Assembly (NCBI GenBank): GCA_963729835.1
Contig: CAVSQF010000039.1
Location: forward strand, 514,801 to 578,800
Reading direction: 5' to 3'
DNA length: 64,000 nt
Origin: an uncultured delta proteobacterium
GTDB taxonomy: Bacteria > Desulfobacterota > Binatia > HRBIN30
Part shown: one piece after another, positions 60,111 to 64,000 of the stretch
How the letters are laid out: each line of letters begins with the position of its first letter
Position numbering within the stretch: position 1 is the first letter of the stretch
Program-made: the position numbers and the translations under genes
Notes under the pieces: model-generated
What the model was told of the DNA's origin: nothing
Database searches by the model: none
Seen by the model: only the letters and a program-made list of their open reading frames with translations

Positions 60111-60468
60111 CCGCCTATGGCTCGACGAATTGCGATCTGACCTGTGCGCCAGCGACGGAACCTTCCTGCTGTTCCCTCTGTCTCGTGGTGGTGCTCCTGA
60201 TGCTCTGGGGGTGCCAGCGCTTGGCGGCGTTTGGCGGTGGTGCGAGCTTTCATAGGAGGAAGGATAGGCGCCCGTTGGGAAGTTGTCAAATGTTTACAAT
60301 AGTTGTAGGGACCGGGCCAGCAACACCAGAAACCCAGAGACCGCGCATGGCACAGGATGTGAGGGAGCGTTCTCGCTCCCCACAGCCGCGCGGCGCACGC
60401 TGCCACGGTCACTCGCCTTTCTCAATGATTTGCCCTCCTTGAGTGCCGATCTTCGAGATGTCGCACAA

Positions 60469-60815
60469 GAGTTCTTTCACAACAGCCGGAGGCTGGCACC
60501 CGGCCGCGCAGCCTGCCTCGCCAATCCGGGAAGTCCCTTACCCTAAATGGCGTGCCAAGTGCAAACGCAACGATGGCCGCTGTCACCCACCGGTCGAGAC
60601 TGTCGATCTTCTCCGGCGGGCGCCCTTCGAGACGCCGCCAGAAGAAGGCGGCTCCTCAGGGCGAGCGGTTCTGTTAGGGTTTTCCAAAGACAATTTCCGC
60701 TCACCCTGAGGAGGTCCCTTCTTTTGGGACCGTCTCGAAGGGTGTGGTTCCCGTTAATCCACAGTCTCGTTCGGTAGCTGACGGCTTTTGGCACGAGAGT
60801 TCTTCCACGACAGCC
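60469..60815. repeat. ~30-bp direct repeats (GAGTTCTTYCACRACAGCCGGAGGC) bracketing REP-like element copy B
   Basis: DR-L 60469-60499 and DR-R 60785-60815 are seen directly. Element B lies between them. Confidence 0.5.
60621..60745. repeat. REP-like compound palindromic element, copy B
   Basis: cccttcgagacgCCGCCagaagaaGGCGGctcctcagggcgagcgg ... ccgctcaccctgaggagGTCCCttcttttGGGACcgtctcgaaggg. Same architecture as copy A, with extended, mutually compensatory apical hairpins. Confidence 0.6.
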
Positions 60816-60875
60816 GGAGGCCGGACGGGGAGCGGGCGCGACAGGAAGCGCCCATCACACCTGTGGTGCTTAGCC

Positions 60876-60990
60876 TCTCAGTCGAGCGACTTTCGGAAGC
60901 GCAGTATGCTCACGCTGAGGAGTGTCGCTCCGATCACTGCCATCGCCAGCATCTGCGGCCAGAGGACGCGCAGGCCCAAGATGCCGACCG
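60876..60990 (-). pseudogene. 3' fragment of ABC-2 permease gene (copy 2, ~32 aa)
   Basis: Encodes ...LGLRVLWPQMLAMAVIGATLLSVSILRFRKSLD preceded by an in-frame stop. About 93% identical to 58104-58197. Confidence 0.5.
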
Positions 60991-61018
60991 CAACCGCAAG
61001 GATCGGCCAACCGCTCCT

Positions 61019-61276
61019 CTAGGCGCCGCGGTGGGCGTCCTTGTACGCCCGAAGAATCGAATTGATCCGCGTTTGGTACCGCTTCCCGTGCCCGCGAAAC
61101 CATTGGAGCACATCCGCGTCAATGCGGAGGGTGACCTGGGCCTTGCGCTCGATCGGTTTCAGCCCCTTGCGGACGAGTCCCTTGGCAAACACCTCGGGGG
61201 GCACTTCCGGAATGTCGGTGAGGTCGATGGCCTCAGCACTCCGGGATCTTTGCGAAGTAGCTCGTTTCCTCATTCT
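61019..61276 (-). CDS. brnA: BrnA antitoxin (COG3514 RHH)
   Basis: ...KAQVTLRIDADVLQWFRGHGKRYQTRINSILRAYKDAH is the canonical BrnA C-terminus. The start is uncertain because it overlaps brnT. Confidence 0.7.
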   Translation of the reverse strand, partial: RMRKRATSQRSRSAEAIDLTDIPEVPPEVFAKGLVRKGLKPIERKAQVTLRIDADVLQWFRGHGKRYQTRINSILRAYKDAHRGA

Positions 61277-61511
61277 TTGTCGCCTTCCGTATCGAAATGA
61301 ACCGGATCGAATCGCCGCGCTCCGTATGTGCCACCGCAACCACTCGCCCTGCCAGAATACCGAACGTGATGAAGCGGCGTTCGTCGTACTCGAATCGGGT
61401 GTCCTCGACGCTCACCGTGTAGCCGTCAAAGACTCTCTCCGCGCCGACGAAATCGATGCCGTGTTTCCGGATATTCGCCTTCCGCTTCGTCTCCTCCCAC
61501 TCGAACTCCAC
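61233..61511 (-). CDS. brnT: BrnT toxin (DUF497 ribonuclease)
   Basis: MEFEWEETKRKANIRKHGIDFVGAERVFDG...RFITFGILAGRVVAVAHTERGDSIRFISIRKAT is the canonical BrnT. Confidence 0.8.
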   Translation of the reverse strand: MEFEWEETKRKANIRKHGIDFVGAERVFDGYTVSVEDTRFEYDERRFITFGILAGRVVAVAHTERGDSIRFISIRKATKNEETSYFAKIPEC

Positions 61512-61559
61512 GGGCGGAGACTGTAGCTACATAATGTAACGACAGCAAGCGAATTCACA

Positions 61560-61700
61560 GCCCCCACGATCGCACCACCGATATTCGGCGTAACGACATC
61601 CCCGAGCGGCACAGCTTCCGGGCCAGCGCCACGGTGGCTTGCTCATGTGGCTCCGGCTCGATGTGGTTGCCGTCGGAGCTGAGACGCCAGCCGTAGGGAG
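61560..61700 (-). pseudogene. Serine-recombinase fragment (remnant)
   Basis: An alternative minus frame reads ...PYGWRLSSDGNHIEPEPHEQATVALARKLCRSGMSLRRIS..., resembling the recombinase/HTH region of large serine recombinases. There is no intact ORF. Confidence 0.25.
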
Positions 61701-62091
61701 CTTCTCGGCTAGGCGTCGGACTACGCGGTTCAGGTTCAACTCATAGAGGTTTGCAGAAGTCGAGCGAGCCACGCACGTTCGCGACGAGCCACAGCGGTTG
61801 TCGAGCGAGCACTTTTGCAAACCGGAGTTGAACTGAGCAGTCTGAGCAGCGGCGCACCGAGTGATGCCCTATGCACATTCCATTGTGGCGCTAACGATCA
61901 ACAGATGACAATAGGAAGCGCGAGGGCGTTGGTAAGGTGGTGTCCAGCTATCCTGTGGCGCGGGCCAACGCCGACGATGCGGTGCGTCGACCACTCGCGC
62001 CCCGAAGTTGGGGGCACTGCTGCGCGCCAGAACGCACGGGGGCAGCGCCACGCGAGGTGGCCTCGATCGCCGCCACGGCGAGCTTGGGCAG

Positions 62092-63333
62092 TCATGCGGC
62101 CTGTCCAAGATGTGGTGGGCCGCGATCGGTGCGGCGGTGGAAAGGCGCCGGGCTGAGGGCATGGCGAATCATGCGCCCGTGTGGACAGCGCGGGCAGCGC
62201 GTCAGGTCAATGCCCGTGAGGTGCAGCAGTCGGGTCTGCCAGTCGAGTGTAGCGCCACCGCGAGCTAGCGCAGGCTCGGGTACCAGTAGCGCAGTCGCCT
62301 GCAAGAATGCACGGGCGCGTTCGAGCTGCGTGGTGGCGTTGCCCGCGGCGAGCAGGCCGTAGTGACGGATCTTGACGAAGCCCGCGGGCAGCACGTGGAG
62401 GAGGAAGCGCCGGATAAACGTGTGCACCGGCAGGGTGATGCTGCGGCCCCCCTTGGTGGCAAAGCGCACGCCGTCAGCATCGATCGCCTGCAGGCGCTGA
62501 TTGGAGATCCCAACCCGGTGCGTGTAGCGGCCGAGATAACGGAACACATGCTGCGGCCCACCGAACGGGCGCTTGGCGTACACGACCCACTCGCTGCGGT
62601 GCAGCTCGTTGACGAGGTGTTGAAACGTGCCCGCGTCGGCGAGTGACTGCGTGCCGCCACCGAACTGCAGTTCGTCATTGCGGTACGCGGCGACGAGGGC
62701 GGCCAGAAACTTTCCACGGAAGAGCCGCGAGAGCACCTTGACGGGGAAGAGGTAACGGCGGCGGGCACTCTGCCAGCGCTGCCGGTCGACGCTGAGTCCG
62801 CCACCGGTGACGATGCAGTGCACGTGCGGGTGGAACTGCAACTCCCGCGTCCAGGTATGCAGCACGCTGGTGATGCCGAGCTGAGCGCCCAAGCGCGCCG
62901 GATCGCGACCGAGAGTGAGCAAGGTCTGCGCGGCGGCCTGAAACAGGAGCGTGAAGAGTCGCCGCCGATTACGATGGGCGAGAGGCCGTAGCGCGGCGGG
63001 CAGCGTGAAGACAACATGAAAGTAGTGCGTCGGCAGGAGGCGGGTGAGGCGCTGCTCGATCCACTGCGCCTGGCGCAGGCTCTGACACTTGGGACAGTGC
63101 CGGTTGCGGCAGGAATTGTAGGCCGGACGTTCGTGCCCGCAAGTGTCGCACACGTCCAGGTGTCCGCCCAACGCCGCGGTGCGACACGTTTCGATGGCGT
63201 GCATCGCCGCACGTTGGTCGGCGCTGACTGGGTGCCGCTGCCGGTACACCTCGCCGTGGGCGCGGAAGATCGAGGCGATCTCCAGGGCCGGGCGGGCCGC
63301 CGGGCGACACGGCTCGGCTGCCGCGTGCCCCAC
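62092..63333 (-). CDS. IS91-family (rolling-circle, HUH-Y2) transposase
   Basis: 413 aa with an N-terminal zinc-binding region (CDTCGHERPAYNSCRNRHCPKCQ), the HUH motif region (HPHVHCIVTGGG) and a C-terminal tyrosine region typical of IS91/IS801/IS1294. Confidence 0.85.
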   Translation of the reverse strand: MGHAAAEPCRPAARPALEIASIFRAHGEVYRQRHPVSADQRAAMHAIETCRTAALGGHLDVCDTCGHERPAYNSCRNRHCPKCQSLRQAQWIEQRLTRLLPTHYFHVVFTLPAALRPLAHRNRRRLFTLLFQAAAQTLLTLGRDPARLGAQLGITSVLHTWTRELQFHPHVHCIVTGGGLSVDRQRWQSARRRYLFPVKVLSRLFRGKFLAALVAAYRNDELQFGGGTQSLADAGTFQHLVNELHRSEWVVYAKRPFGGPQHVFRYLGRYTHRVGISNQRLQAIDADGVRFATKGGRSITLPVHTFIRRFLLHVLPAGFVKIRHYGLLAAGNATTQLERARAFLQATALLVPEPALARGGATLDWQTRLLHLTGIDLTRCPRCPHGRMIRHALSPAPFHRRTDRGPPHLGQAA

Positions 63334-63335
63334 GG

Positions 63336-64000
63336 TTACTCGGGCTCAGGCGCGGGCGGGAAGTCGAGGCGGTCCAGTGGACTGTGCGTCTGTCCGATCT
63401 GCAGCGTACTGACCTGAGTGTAGCGGACGGTGGTGCGAATCGAGGCATGGCCGAGCAGTTGTTGAATCGTACGGATATCGGTGCCGGCTTCCAGCAAGTG
63501 CGTGGCGAAGCAGTGCCGCAGGACGTGGGGCGTGACTCGCTTGGAAAATCCGCACGTGGCCACCACCGTCTGCAGCATGCGTTGGACGGTCGTGGGCTGC
63601 AGGTGGGGCGCCCCTTTCGTCCCGGGGAACAGGAACGACCCCGGCGGCTTGACCAGACGCCAGTACTCCCGCAGCACCGCCAGGAGTCGGTCGCCCAGCA
63701 TGACGTAGCGATCCTTGCCCCCCTTGCCGTCGCGCACGTGGATGACCATGCGTTGACTGTCGATGTCGGCGACCTGGAGGGAGCACACCTCACTGATCCG
63801 CAAGCCGGCACCATAGGCGAGCATCAGGACGACCCGGTGTTTGAGGGAGCGCACGGCGCTCAACAGCTGCGTGATCTCACCGGGGGTGAGAATATCGGGC
63901 AGCCGCTGCGGGACCTGGGGCCAAGGAATATGCGCCACCACTTCGGGGCGACGCAGCGTGTTTACGTACAAGAACTTCAACGCCGCGACGTACATCCGTA
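63336..64000 (-). CDS. Tyrosine recombinase/integrase (C-terminal catalytic domain; N-terminus beyond window)
   Basis: R..HxxR..Y catalytic box (…TPHVLRHCFATHLLEAGTDIRTIQQLLGHASIRTTVRYTQVS…). Confidence 0.8.
   Translation of the reverse strand, partial: RMYVAALKFLYVNTLRRPEVVAHIPWPQVPQRLPDILTPGEITQLLSAVRSLKHRVVLMLAYGAGLRISEVCSLQVADIDSQRMVIHVRDGKGGKDRYVMLGDRLLAVLREYWRLVKPPGSFLFPGTKGAPHLQPTTVQRMLQTVVATCGFSKRVTPHVLRHCFATHLLEAGTDIRTIQQLLGHASIRTTVRYTQVSTLQIGQTHSPLDRLDFPPAPEPE

Noticed and set aside
61527-61820. 97-aa minus-strand ORF (MQKCSLDNRC...)
   Set aside because: Cys/Arg-rich with no coding signature. An alternative frame in the same region looks like a serine-recombinase fragment, so the region is reported as a remnant instead.

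Overview
High-GC (~65%) bacterial chromosomal window, densely coded and mostly on the minus strand. Housekeeping content: a dcw-cluster end (murF, ftsI, ftsL, mraZ), RNase P RNA, a tRNA-Met(CAU), the rpsU–cvpA–dnaG block, prmA/rsmE/gshB, ilvE, glnE, a his operon (hisD, hisB, hisH, hisA, hisF), prmC, prfA, rpmE and glpK. Between these sit accessory modules. (1) Four tandem paralogous secreted Cys-rich proteins of an unrecognised family; two copies are frameshifted. (2) An RtcR-like sigma-54 activator (CARF-like sensor domain instead of a receiver) followed by a near-consensus sigma-54 promoter. That promoter points into a Type I R-M locus in which hsdR (at least seven lesions) and hsdM (two frameshifts) are decayed while hsdS is intact. 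hsdS is translationally coupled to an intact ABC-type ATPase (AAA_21/DUF3696-like) plus a 299-aa unknown partner, a candidate uncharacterised defense module. (3) vapBC plus a degenerate PIN ORF. (4) A minus-strand operon of two paralogous swivel-histidine dikinase-like proteins (PPDK_N + PEP-utilizers + unknown C-terminal domain) flanking a histidine kinase and a stand-alone receiver. One paralog carries two frameshifts, and an IS4-family element sits immediately upstream. (5) A toxin-antitoxin island (DUF433/DUF5615, DUF1778/GNAT, BrnT/BrnA, RelE-like remnant) bracketed by 94-bp direct repeats of an ABC-2 permease 3' end, next to an IS91-family transposase and a tyrosine recombinase. Non-coding features: (CCATAAG)n heptamer repeats at every hisF–hisA–hisH junction; a MITE-like palindromic insertion and GC hairpin between hisB and hisH; an in-frame palindromic insertion inside prmC; a REP-like palindromic element present twice with compensatory stem changes; and several intrinsic terminators. 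Most single-base frameshifts fall near G/C runs, so some pseudogene calls may be assembly indels. The density of lesions in hsdR argues that decay there is real.
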